Origin: Candidatus Heimdallarchaeum aukensis | Lineage (GTDB): Archaea > Asgardarchaeota > Heimdallarchaeia > Heimdallarchaeales > Heimdallarchaeaceae | Direction of reading: 5' to 3' | NCBI GenBank assembly: GCA_021513695.1 | Contig: CP084166.1 | Coordinates: 768,001 to 832,000 of the forward strand | Length of the DNA: 64,000 nt | In this document: one piece after another, positions 35,344 to 44,243 of the stretch | How positions within the stretch are numbered: position 1 is the first letter of the stretch | Layout: each line of letters begins with the position of its first letter | Position numbers and translations under genes: made by a program | Notes under the pieces: model-generated | The model's input: the letters and a program-made list of their open reading frames with translations, nothing else | Database searches by the model: none | Told to the model about the DNA's origin: nothing

Positions 35344-36627
35344 ATGCACAAAGAGGTAAAAAATTCAAAAAACGTTTCTTTTCCAGTTGTAATAAAAAAT
35401 TTAGATGAGAGAATGAATAAATGGTTGAAAGAAGCACAGAAACGTATATTTAGTATTGCTGCAGGAGATAGGATTTCATTCATAGCTTCTGCCATAGCAC
35501 AAGTTGGTTTTGGCAAAATCCTCTATGCTGCAAATGAACTTGGGGTTGATATTGAAAAAACCAAACCATACATTTTTTTTGCTCCTGACGGAACTTGCTC
35601 ATACAACGAAATTAGAATAAAAAGAGGTTTTACATATGGTTGTATATTCAAAGCAGATTTCGAGGGACTGATTGGTACTAATAACTCAATGCCAAACGGT
35701 TGTGGATATAGCTTATATGAACTTAAAGATTGGAACGATGATGAAACTCTAATCAGAACTTTAAACCAAATAAAGCAAAATATAACAGAAGAACAAGCAA
35801 AAGAACTAGGAAAAGGCAATCATTTTATTGCTGTTTACAAGGTTTTAGACGCTATATCAGGAGAAGATACAGAAAGGAGAATGGTATTACTTCATTGTAG
35901 TGGGCATGATTTAAGCAAAAAACCACTTTATTTCTTCAACTGGTTAGAAGAAACAGATGGATGTCATAAAGTACAAACACCACATGGAGAAATTTACCTT
36001 TTAGAAAGTGAGGCAAAAAAGAGATATATCAAAGAATTTGAGAAACTTGACAAACACAATAAAGAAGCTCGTGTCACTGTCATGAAAGAGTTGTTTAGAG
36101 ACTCTTCCTATGAATTAATTTCAAGTATCACTCACCAAGGGTTATATAATAACGGTTCATATCATTTTTTGGGAATACAAAAAAGCGAAAAACTTATTCC
36201 TATAGCTTTCAATGCAGATGAAGGAGGAATTGCTGTCAAGACAAAGAAGAATCTGTCAGGACAATTTATAGATCAATGGAAACAAGGAACAAGAGTGAAA
36301 GATTTAGGATATGAAAGAGAATTTAAAGAGCTCAACTTTACTCCACACGGAGGAGGATACGAATTCAAATACCCAATCAAACGTTTTGTTATATTCTTAA
36401 ATGATCAAGGACTGGATCACTTCTCGGTTGAATTAAAAAAGCCGAAAGAGCCAAGTATTAAACTTATTGCTTCCTATTTCAAACCTATTAGAGAATACAT
36501 GACATATAGGAGAAAGTTACCAGTAATGAAAGAAGTCTTTAAAGCGGAGCTAGCAAACCACATTTATGATCTTGTTCCATTTATGCAATTACATCCTAAA
36601 GTTAGTATTCCTGGAGGACATTACTAA
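35344..36627 (+). CDS. hypothetical protein with RtcB-like motif series (possible divergent RNA ligase)
   Basis: Ordered motifs MPNGCGYS, LGKGNHFIAVYKV, VLLHCSGHD and FTPHGGGYE resemble RtcB PD.H.G.G, G.GNHF.E, HSGSRG and HGAGR. The spacing differs from canonical RtcB. Confidence 0.3.
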   Translation: MHKEVKNSKNVSFPVVIKNLDERMNKWLKEAQKRIFSIAAGDRISFIASAIAQVGFGKILYAANELGVDIEKTKPYIFFAPDGTCSYNEIRIKRGFTYGCIFKADFEGLIGTNNSMPNGCGYSLYELKDWNDDETLIRTLNQIKQNITEEQAKELGKGNHFIAVYKVLDAISGEDTERRMVLLHCSGHDLSKKPLYFFNWLEETDGCHKVQTPHGEIYLLESEAKKRYIKEFEKLDKHNKEARVTVMKELFRDSSYELISSITHQGLYNNGSYHFLGIQKSEKLIPIAFNADEGGIAVKTKKNLSGQFIDQWKQGTRVKDLGYEREFKELNFTPHGGGYEFKYPIKRFVIFLNDQGLDHFSVELKKPKEPSIKLIASYFKPIREYMTYRRKLPVMKEVFKAELANHIYDLVPFMQLHPKVSIPGGHY

Positions 36628-36651
36628 TCAAGATTTAACCAAAGTGATAAT

Positions 36652-37395
36652 ATGCATTCTAACCCTTACATTATAGCTCATCGGGGTTTTTCTTCTAAAT
36701 ACCCCGAAAATACTATTCTAGCGATTAACAGGTCAGTAGGAATAGCAGATATTGTTGAATTTGATGTTCAACTTACAAAAGATAGGTATGTAGTTTTATT
36801 TCATGATGAAACAACAAAAAGGATTTTCCCAGAAATCGAGGAGAAGAGAATCCAAGACTTATATTATCATGAACTAAAAGAATTAAATGCTGGTAAATGG
36901 TTTTCATCAAAAATAGAAAAACAAACTATTCCCAAACTCGAGGAAGTAGTAGAAAAGATAAACAACAAAATCTCAATGATTATTGAATTAAAGAACAAGG
37001 GAAATAAAGAAAAAAAAGAAGAACTAGCTACTATAGTATTGAATATCCTAGATGACAACAATGTCTCTTTAAACAAAGGGTATCTTTCAGTTCGAGACTT
37101 AGAAATGCTTGAAATTATTAACTCTCTTTCTTCAAAATACAGAATTGGATTAATGCAGAAAACGAGAACACCGGAAGAATTTATAGAACTAGTTAAAAGT
37201 AACAATCTTGAATTTGCTCAAATAAGATGGAAGAATTGGACTGAGAGTAATTGGCAAGAACTTTTGTCTTTAGAAACTAAAATTACTGCTTTTTATGCTG
37301 ATGAAGAAAAAGAATACAATTTTTTAATTGAAAAACAAGTTTATGGAATTTTCACTAATTTTCCAGATAGATTAAGAAAACTGCTGAACATGTAG
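36652..37395 (+). CDS. glycerophosphodiester phosphodiesterase
   Basis: IIAHRGFSSKYPENT, EFDVQLTKDRYVVLFHDET. Confidence 0.85.
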   Translation: MHSNPYIIAHRGFSSKYPENTILAINRSVGIADIVEFDVQLTKDRYVVLFHDETTKRIFPEIEEKRIQDLYYHELKELNAGKWFSSKIEKQTIPKLEEVVEKINNKISMIIELKNKGNKEKKEELATIVLNILDDNNVSLNKGYLSVRDLEMLEIINSLSSKYRIGLMQKTRTPEEFIELVKSNNLEFAQIRWKNWTESNWQELLSLETKITAFYADEEKEYNFLIEKQVYGIFTNFPDRLRKLLNM

Positions 37396-37403
37396 AATTT
37401 AAT

Positions 37404-38147
37404 TTATTGAGGTTTCTTTCCTACAGTCGCTGCATAAATTACAAATTGATCTTTTCCATTAATGTTTAACAATTTATTTAGTTCATCATCATGAAAAGCT
37501 CCTATAGCACATGTTCCACAATCTATATTTTCAGAAGCAAGATAGAGATTCTGACAAACATGTCCCGCATCTAAGAATAGATATCTATACCCTCTTTCTC
37601 CATATCTCCAGGCCATACGGTAAGGAACAGCAACCCAAAAGAATGTTACAGCACTTCTTTTTACAGTACTTTGGTTATAAGATGCTTTTGTAAACTTTTC
37701 TGCTAGATTTTTTGAATTATCAATAGGCATCAGACTATGTTTAGAAGCAATATATCTATAGAGACCTGGTTCTATGTTGTCTACATTATTAATTAACAAG
37801 AAAGTTTCAAAAGCATGCCTAGCTCCTGCTGAAGGAACAGTTCTGAGAGTATAAGCTTGTCTCATAAATTCTTTTATTCCTTGAGAAGACCAGAGTAGCC
37901 AGCTTAACTCTAGTAAGCTTATTGGATCAGGAGCATATTTTCTTAAAGATCTTCTGTTTGTGATGCACTCTTTTAAAGAAACTTGAGGAATATTACTAAA
38001 ATCTCTACTCAATTCAATTAATTCTGCATTTTCGTCCCATGGGAGCTCTAAAGGGGGAGAGGGAGCTCCTTTACCTTGATCACTTCGAGAAAGATACTTA
38101 TACTTAGTTTTTTCAATAAACTCTTTTCCAATATTTTTGTATGTCAT
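37404..38147 (-). CDS. SagB/ThcOx-type nitroreductase-family dehydrogenase
   Basis: RRSLRKYAPDPISLLELSWLLWSSQGI, RTVPSAGARHAFE, PGLYRY, FLDAGHVCQNLYL. Confidence 0.8.
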   Translation of the reverse strand: MTYKNIGKEFIEKTKYKYLSRSDQGKGAPSPPLELPWDENAELIELSRDFSNIPQVSLKECITNRRSLRKYAPDPISLLELSWLLWSSQGIKEFMRQAYTLRTVPSAGARHAFETFLLINNVDNIEPGLYRYIASKHSLMPIDNSKNLAEKFTKASYNQSTVKRSAVTFFWVAVPYRMAWRYGERGYRYLFLDAGHVCQNLYLASENIDCGTCAIGAFHDDELNKLLNINGKDQFVIYAATVGKKPQ

Positions 38148-38242
38148 TGCTATAGTATAGAAATAAGATTTTTTAAATTGTTCCTTTTAATAATGCATTA
38201 ATACTTTAAAAAACTTAAAAAAGCATAAAAACAATTTGTCGT

Positions 38243-38788
38243 GTGATACAGAGGAACTACAAAATAATACTTATTGGAAATGCTCTTGTTGGAAAAACTG
38301 CTATTGTAACACGTTTTGCTAAAGATTACTTTGAACAGAACTATTTGAGAACGCTAGGAATCAATTACTACATAAAGACACAAGTAATTACTAATGTAGA
38401 AGTAAAGATGATTATTACAGACACCGCAGGACAAGAAGCGTTTCAACGCCTAAGAAGTTCGTATTACAAGGGGGCAAGAGGAGCAATAATTGTTTATGCA
38501 ATAAATGACAGACATAGCTTTGGACAAGTTGATTATTGGAAGAATGAAATGTTCAAGACTTTAAAAGAAATCCCAATAATAATTGTCGGAAATAAAATTG
38601 ACTTAATCGATCAAAGAAGAATATCAACAAGTGAAGGACGCTTGTTAGCGAAAAAATTGGGTTGTTTATTTATTGAATCATCTGCTAAAACAGGAGAAAA
38701 TATTGATAAAATCTTTGAAATGATAGTTAAAGATATACTAAGAAAAGATAATTTAATAACAGAAGAAAAAGAAGAAAGTTCTACTTAA
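38243..38788 (+). CDS. Rab-like small GTPase
   Basis: G1 is GNALVGKT, G3 is DTAGQE, then YYKGARGAIIVY, G4 is GNKIDL and G5 is SAKTGEN. There is no C-terminal Cys, so no prenylation motif. Confidence 0.85.
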   Translation: MIQRNYKIILIGNALVGKTAIVTRFAKDYFEQNYLRTLGINYYIKTQVITNVEVKMIITDTAGQEAFQRLRSSYYKGARGAIIVYAINDRHSFGQVDYWKNEMFKTLKEIPIIIVGNKIDLIDQRRISTSEGRLLAKKLGCLFIESSAKTGENIDKIFEMIVKDILRKDNLITEEKEESST

Positions 38789-38918
38789 GTAATTAAAGTA
38801 GATGAAGGACAAAATCCATTAAATGAAGATCAAGAAGTAGAAAAAAATTAGAAACTACAAAGAATATCTCAAAAAGAAAGATTAATTATAGAAATTATGC
38901 ACAAAGAAGGTTCTAAGA

Positions 38919-39683
38919 ATGCTAGAAAGAGTTTTTTTTATTTATTACCAGTATATCTTTTTATCTTTAGGTATAGTAACTTTTTTTCTATTACTTAGAA
39001 TTACAGCTCCTTATGGGAAACATTTTTCAGAAAAATTTGGTCCTTCAATTAAAGGTTCTTGGGCTTGGTTGATTATGGAATCACCAGCAGCAATTACGAC
39101 TACGATTCTATTCTTACTTTCGCTAAAAGAACTATCACTAGTTCCTGTGCTTTTGGTTTGCATTTTTTGTATTCACTACTACCCTAGAGATTTTATTTAC
39201 CCTTTTTGGGCTAGAAGAGAAGCAAAAACACCTTTGATTATTATGTTCTCTGCTATATTCTTTAATATTAGCAATGCTTATCTTCAGACTAGATGGTTAC
39301 TCAAATTCGCTCCTGAAGATAAGTATACTATTAGTTGGCTTTATAGTCCCCAATTTATTGTTGGAAGTTTACTATTTATTTTAGGATTTATATTTAATCG
39401 AAAAGCTGAATTCTCATTAAGAAAACTAAGAAAGAAAGGAGAAAGTAGTTACAAAATACCCTATGGGGGAATGTTTGAGCTTATATCTTGTCCTAACTAC
39501 TTCTTTGAAATTATTGAATGGATAGGTTGGGCAATAATAACTTGGTCAATTCCAGGGCTTGTATTTATGATTTGGACTATAGCTAATCTTGGCCCAAGAG
39601 CAGTTAGCACGCATAACTGGTATAAAAATAACTTTCCAAATTATCCAAAATCAAGAAAAGCTCTTATTCCATTTGTTTTTTGA
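38919..39683 (+). CDS. SRD5A-like steroid-5-alpha-reductase / polyprenol reductase family protein, paralog 2
   Basis: APYGKH, HYYPRDFIYPF, YKIPYGGMFELISCPNYFFEIIEWIGWAIITWSIPGLVF, THNWYKNNFPNYPKSRKALIPFVF. Collinear with the 19716..20537 product. Confidence 0.85.
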   Translation: MLERVFFIYYQYIFLSLGIVTFFLLLRITAPYGKHFSEKFGPSIKGSWAWLIMESPAAITTTILFLLSLKELSLVPVLLVCIFCIHYYPRDFIYPFWARREAKTPLIIMFSAIFFNISNAYLQTRWLLKFAPEDKYTISWLYSPQFIVGSLLFILGFIFNRKAEFSLRKLRKKGESSYKIPYGGMFELISCPNYFFEIIEWIGWAIITWSIPGLVFMIWTIANLGPRAVSTHNWYKNNFPNYPKSRKALIPFVF

Positions 39684-39754
39684 ATATTCTCTTTTTAATG
39701 AAAAATGAAGAGTTTAGGGAAAGTTTTTTTATTCAGTCGATTTAATTTTATTCT

Positions 39755-40669
39755 ATGAAAAAAATAACAAAAATCTTTTTTTCTGTTTGCTTTCTTCTTT
39801 TAATCTCTATCCTAACCTTTAGTCAATTTTCTAAAGGGCTATATTCTCCAGATTTGAAGGATAATACAGTATATACCTGGAATGTTCAAACTCTCGCAAA
39901 AGTAGGTACTTTTGATACACCTTACTTATCTATTGATGATAGTACAATAAAACAAGGTGATGTCATTAAGTTACGGCTATTAAATAACACAGATGAAGTA
40001 GCAAATGGATCCGTAAGTAATCTATGGGGAAGAAGTAACGTTTGGTTCGACCTCTTTATAAACAACGAATTTGTTACAAATGATTCTGATGTACCATTAT
40101 TTGCCTTAGATTGGATGGGAATTCCCAGAATATATTTTGATTGGGCTAACCAGTATGACTTTTATTGGGTACTTCCAGTAGAATTTACTAACGAAACAGG
40201 GACATATGAATTCTTTGAAGTAACACATAGTCTTTTTAATAATTTAAAACTAAGTCAAAGTTCTGTTCAAGATTACCACGGATATTATAGTTCGGTCAGT
40301 TGGAACTTAAAACAGATATCAAAATTATCTAACTTAACTTGGTCATTAGTTGTTAAATGGTCATATAAAGAAAAAACAGAAGATAGAACCTCACCAGATT
40401 GGAGTATCATAAATCTAGAAGAAACAATAAGCACAGAATTTAGATTTAATAGAAAAACAGGACTACTAGTATATTTGTCTTATAAATATACTCTAAAGCA
40501 AAATGAAAAATCTGAAGGTGTTGAAACTAACGAAAACGAAAGTTTAGATTTGCTAATAACAAGTAATGAATTACCTACAAAAGCTTCTACAAACTTTATA
40601 TTATATATGATAACCATCCTTACAGTTACAAGTATTAAAATAGTCTATAGTAAACGCAAGAAGAAATAG
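39755..40669 (+). CDS. secreted protein with C-terminal TM anchor
   Basis: Signal-like FFSVCFLLLISILTF, several NxS/T sequons, and the C-terminal FILYMITILTVTSIKIV followed by KRKKK. Confidence 0.6.
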   Translation: MKKITKIFFSVCFLLLISILTFSQFSKGLYSPDLKDNTVYTWNVQTLAKVGTFDTPYLSIDDSTIKQGDVIKLRLLNNTDEVANGSVSNLWGRSNVWFDLFINNEFVTNDSDVPLFALDWMGIPRIYFDWANQYDFYWVLPVEFTNETGTYEFFEVTHSLFNNLKLSQSSVQDYHGYYSSVSWNLKQISKLSNLTWSLVVKWSYKEKTEDRTSPDWSIINLEETISTEFRFNRKTGLLVYLSYKYTLKQNEKSEGVETNENESLDLLITSNELPTKASTNFILYMITILTVTSIKIVYSKRKKK

Positions 40670-40723
40670 TAGCTTTCTTCTTCTCTTTTTAATTTTTCAA
40701 AAAAGTTTATTAGTCCAAAAAAA

Positions 40724-41101
40724 ATGAGTTATTTAATGAGTTCCAGCAATTTAAGTGAAAGATATATTGACCTAGAGCAGATTTGCAACGAATATGATAT
40801 CAGACTTTTTAAACCTTTAAGTTGGATATTAATTTTAAACCTCGAACTAATTCCAGAAGAAGATATTCAAGCTGATCCAAAACTAAAATTTTCCCACGCT
40901 TTACTTGAGGGTAATAAAGAAGAAGCTTTGAAAATAGCAAATGAGTTAAAAGGAAAAGATACTACCATCTCGAAATACTTTAAGCAACTACTAGAAATCG
41001 ATCCTGAATTAAAAAATACTCTAGAAATAAGTAAAAAGTTCTTTGACTTTTCAAAAAGAAGAATAGAATTTATCAAAGAACATGGTATTAAAGCATATTA
41101 G
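40724..41101 (+). CDS. hypothetical helical protein
   Basis: 125-aa ORF with no recognised motifs. The antisense ORF 40867..41076 looks less protein-like. Confidence 0.4.
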   Translation: MSYLMSSSNLSERYIDLEQICNEYDIRLFKPLSWILILNLELIPEEDIQADPKLKFSHALLEGNKEEALKIANELKGKDTTISKYFKQLLEIDPELKNTLEISKKFFDFSKRRIEFIKEHGIKAY

Positions 41102-41126
41102 TCTTATTATTTTTACTTTTTCTATT

Positions 41127-41441
41127 TTAGTAGATACTTTCTCTCATCCATTCAATATATTCATCGGAGGCATACTTTATAGGTAAAGCTATAATCTCTG
41201 GGATTTCATATGTATGATGTTTCTTTAATTCTTCAACAATATCATGGAATTTATCAGAAAAAGTTTTAGCAATAACTAAATACTCTTCTGCCTTCTCAAT
41301 CTTCCCTTTCCACCAATATTTTGAGTGTATTTTCGAAATTTGAACACAGACTACAAGCTTTTCTTCTAGAAGAAAATTACTTATCCTTTCTGCTTCTTCT
41401 TTGCTATCAATACTTACATGCAAATGTATTGGTTCATTCAT
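41127..41441 (-). CDS. cutA: divalent-cation tolerance protein CutA
   Basis: KLVVCVQISKIHSKYWWKGKIEKAEEYLVIAKT and HHTYEIPEIIALP match the CutA1 pattern. Confidence 0.85.
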   Translation of the reverse strand: MNEPIHLHVSIDSKEEAERISNFLLEEKLVVCVQISKIHSKYWWKGKIEKAEEYLVIAKTFSDKFHDIVEELKKHHTYEIPEIIALPIKYASDEYIEWMRESIY

Positions 41442-41506
41442 TGTTTTTTTTTCCTCTTTTCTCTTTTTAAGTATATAGGAGAAGATATATATCGAAATAT
41501 TTAGAT

Positions 41507-41692
41507 GTGGCTATATGTTTAGCATATAAGGAATGTAAAAAACAGTTAGAGTATGTTCAAAGCACTCTAAGGAAAATAAACAAAGAAAATGAATACGAGA
41601 TAGAATATGTTACAGAACTGAATAAAATCGCTGAAGAAGGAATATTTCTAACACCTGCACTAATAATTGAAGACAAAGTAATAAGTGAATGA
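41507..41692 (+). pseudogene. decayed copy of the small thioredoxin-fold (redox-active disulfide protein 2-like) gene
   Basis: Collinear at nt and aa level with 45599..45844. However, GCKKC has become AYKEC (TGT to TAT), the N-terminal strand is shortened, and the C-terminus is truncated by ~16 aa. Confidence 0.5.
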
Positions 41693-41794
41693 AAAAAATA
41701 AGTAAAAACAAACTTGAAAAAATGCTTTAAAAGATTCTTTTTTTCTTTTTTTTTTATTCTTTTCAAACTGTTCTTTATTTAGAAGTTTAACCCC

Positions 41795-42595
41795 TTATTC
41801 AATAGTTGCCAAGAGTTTGTCTTTATCTTCAGATGCAATAAATATCATTGAGTTTATATAATCTGTCAAAATTTCTTTTTCTGTCTCTGTTGGTTTAAAA
41901 TTTAGCGCATGAGTTAAAATAAATATCAACTCTGTTGCTTGCTCTGGATAGTGATCAAATAAATAGATAATACTGTTGAACGGGATAAAATTTAATAATG
42001 CTGAACTAAGTCTACGTACTTCACTTTCGCTTTTTTCAGATATAGGCTTCAAAATTGAATAAAATTCTCTAAGCTGCAAAGTGATAAATTCATAATATGT
42101 CGAACCAAATGGAAACCTTTGTTCATGTAAGCTTAAAGCAATATACAAATAGACGTTAATGTAAAACTGAATCTTCAGAATAATGGTTAAATTAGTATCA
42201 GACCTTGGAGTAAAATACAATTGATATCTTTTAAATTTGTCAGAGAATTCAATAATTTCTGAAATAATTTCTTGAGAAAATAATCCGCTTTCGTTTTCGA
42301 CTATTTCATTAAAAATAGAAGGATATAATTTGGATAGCATGAATAGGATTGTCTGTTTATCCATCTTGTTTTCTTCTATTATTTTTTTCGCAGTTAAAGC
42401 AAATACTACTAGAAGTTCAATTGGATCTTGTATTTCTTTTAGTTCTTGGCTTGATTGGGCATTAGGCATTGAAAACAAAATTTTCTCATATTCTCCATTC
42501 TCTATTCTTTCCTCACATTCTTTTGATATTAATTGAAAAAAGGAATGAGTTGGAAGATAAATTCTAATTTTCTCACGCAAGGAATACGAATACAT
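41795..42595 (-). CDS. hypothetical all-helical protein
   Basis: 266 aa. Starts 8 nt after the upstream TPR gene's stop, which looks like an operon. Confidence 0.5.
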   Translation of the reverse strand: MYSYSLREKIRIYLPTHSFFQLISKECEERIENGEYEKILFSMPNAQSSQELKEIQDPIELLVVFALTAKKIIEENKMDKQTILFMLSKLYPSIFNEIVENESGLFSQEIISEIIEFSDKFKRYQLYFTPRSDTNLTIILKIQFYINVYLYIALSLHEQRFPFGSTYYEFITLQLREFYSILKPISEKSESEVRRLSSALLNFIPFNSIIYLFDHYPEQATELIFILTHALNFKPTETEKEILTDYINSMIFIASEDKDKLLATIE

Positions 42596-42603
42596 TCTAA
42601 CAC

Positions 42604-43920
42604 CTACAAATTAAAATGATGAAATAGGTCTAGAAAATTACCTATCATTTCAGAATATGCAAGCTCTCCGTGATCAATCATCCATTGATAAATTTCTTCA
42701 ATTCCTTGCAAGAGAGATCTTACATTTGTATTTAAATTCAATTGAGTAATCTGGTAGGATAGATAAAAGAATTTTGTCATTTTTGCTTTAACAATATCAC
42801 CATAATTCTCAAAAATCGCCATTATTCTCTTCATTTCTTCTTCGATATCTAAATTCTCCAACTCTTTATCTACTTCATAGTTCATTAAGAAGCCTGAAAA
42901 ATCTCTTAACATCGACCTAGACTTATTTTGGATTAGAGCTGGTAGAAAAACAAAAGAAGTTAAAGCTTCTTCGTATTCTATATTTTCAGAAAGAAAATAA
43001 TTCTTTGCTTTCATAAAATATTGTGTAGCTTCTTTAAATTGTCCTATTGTCTGGTTTAATCCTGCAAGCAATCTATAAATTTTGGAAGCCAAATCATAAT
43101 TTTCTATACTTTCAACTGTAGACAATAACCTTTCTCCTTTTTCTATGGCTTCTTCAGGGCTTATTTGTTCTGCACGCAATTCCAATTCTATCCTATAAGC
43201 ATTTAAAGCTAAAGGTTGAATGTCTTCAGGACCATATTTTTGAATATATGAATCAATATATTCGACAGTTGTTGAGGGCTCTTCCGTAAATTGAGATAAA
43301 ATTATTTTTTTCTCGAATGCCGACCTTTCAAAAGGCGTTTCTTCAAAGTACTTGAGAGCTTTATCTAATTTAGAAAAAGCAGTCATTACATCTCCTTTTT
43401 CAGCATCGATTTGAGCTTCTAAAACATTTAATTCGTGGTAGTAAACTTCATTACCAAATTCTTTTGCTTTATCTTTAAGAGTAGAGATAAGTTCCTTAGC
43501 TTCATCAAGATTATGATAAATAATCATTATTTGAGCCCTTAATTGCCAGTATCTAAAATAGATCTGAACATTTGCGCTTATGTTGATATCTTCCTGTTCT
43601 ATAGAGTCTAACCATTCTAAACCTAAAGTGTACTCCCCATATAAAATGTAAGTCGCTGCTAACTCAATTACAGCTTCTATATTTTCTTGTAGAAGTAATT
43701 GATCTCGTGTTTGAAAATAAAGTTCTTCCAGAATTTCGATAGCTTCTTTCTTTCTTCCAACAAGAGAAAGACATCTAGCGATTTTTATTTTGATTCTTCT
43801 CTCTTCTTCTTCCATCCCTTTTGTAAAAAAAATTGTATGAGCTTTTAAATAATAGTGTAAAGCTTGTTTAAATTTATATTTAGTAAAAAGTTCGTCGCCT
43901 TTATCTCTTTCAAAGCTCAT
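42604..43920 (-). CDS. TPR repeat protein
   Basis: GDELFTKYKFKQALHYYLKA, RCLSLVGRKKEAIEILEELY and further 34-aa-type helix pairs. Confidence 0.65.
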   Translation of the reverse strand: MSFERDKGDELFTKYKFKQALHYYLKAHTIFFTKGMEEEERRIKIKIARCLSLVGRKKEAIEILEELYFQTRDQLLLQENIEAVIELAATYILYGEYTLGLEWLDSIEQEDINISANVQIYFRYWQLRAQIMIIYHNLDEAKELISTLKDKAKEFGNEVYYHELNVLEAQIDAEKGDVMTAFSKLDKALKYFEETPFERSAFEKKIILSQFTEEPSTTVEYIDSYIQKYGPEDIQPLALNAYRIELELRAEQISPEEAIEKGERLLSTVESIENYDLASKIYRLLAGLNQTIGQFKEATQYFMKAKNYFLSENIEYEEALTSFVFLPALIQNKSRSMLRDFSGFLMNYEVDKELENLDIEEEMKRIMAIFENYGDIVKAKMTKFFYLSYQITQLNLNTNVRSLLQGIEEIYQWMIDHGELAYSEMIGNFLDLFHHFNL

Positions 43921-44000
43921 TTAATGCCCTCTATTACTTCAATAAAAAATGAAGATAGAAATATATAAACTTGAAGATAATGCAAAAAAAATAAAAAAAG

Positions 44001-44152
44001 AAAAGGAAAACCTAGAAAATATTCTTATATTCTATTTTTTCTGAATATTTCTGCATCTCTTTACCTTTACTTCTTGATCAATGTGCAAAGAGCTTATTTC
44101 TAGCTCTAAGGATAAAAGTAGTTTTGTGGATTTGTTAAACACAATGCTGATG
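44001..44152. repeat. left copy of a ~152-bp direct repeat (copy of intergenic + 3' end of the 581-aa gene)
   Basis: Aligns by eye with 45914..46066, with the last 55 nt about 87% identical. The minus-strand reading gives ISIVFNKSTKLLLSLELEISSLHIDQE, against ISIVCNKSTGLLLSLELETSDMNIDQE in the real gene. Confidence 0.85.
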
Positions 44153-44173
44153 TAGATGTATTGGTTCATTCAT
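44153..44173 (-). pseudogene. orphan cutA 5' fragment (8 codons) at the duplication junction
   Basis: The minus strand reads ATG AAT GAA CCA ATA CAT CTA CAT (MNEPIHLH), identical in protein to the cutA start at 41441. It joins out of frame to the repeat at a shared CAT. Confidence 0.8.
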
Positions 44174-44243
44174 TTTTTTATCATATAGATTAAAGTGTAG
44201 AACATATCGAAATTTTTAAATATGTCGTGTTGAGTTTTGGCTT

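Noticed and set aside
38789-38851. In-frame continuation after the Rab-like stop (VIKVDEGQNPLNEDQEVEKN) as possible readthrough
   Set aside because: The stop is TAA with no recoding signal visible. The extension adds no Cys or known motif, so it is probably coincidental.
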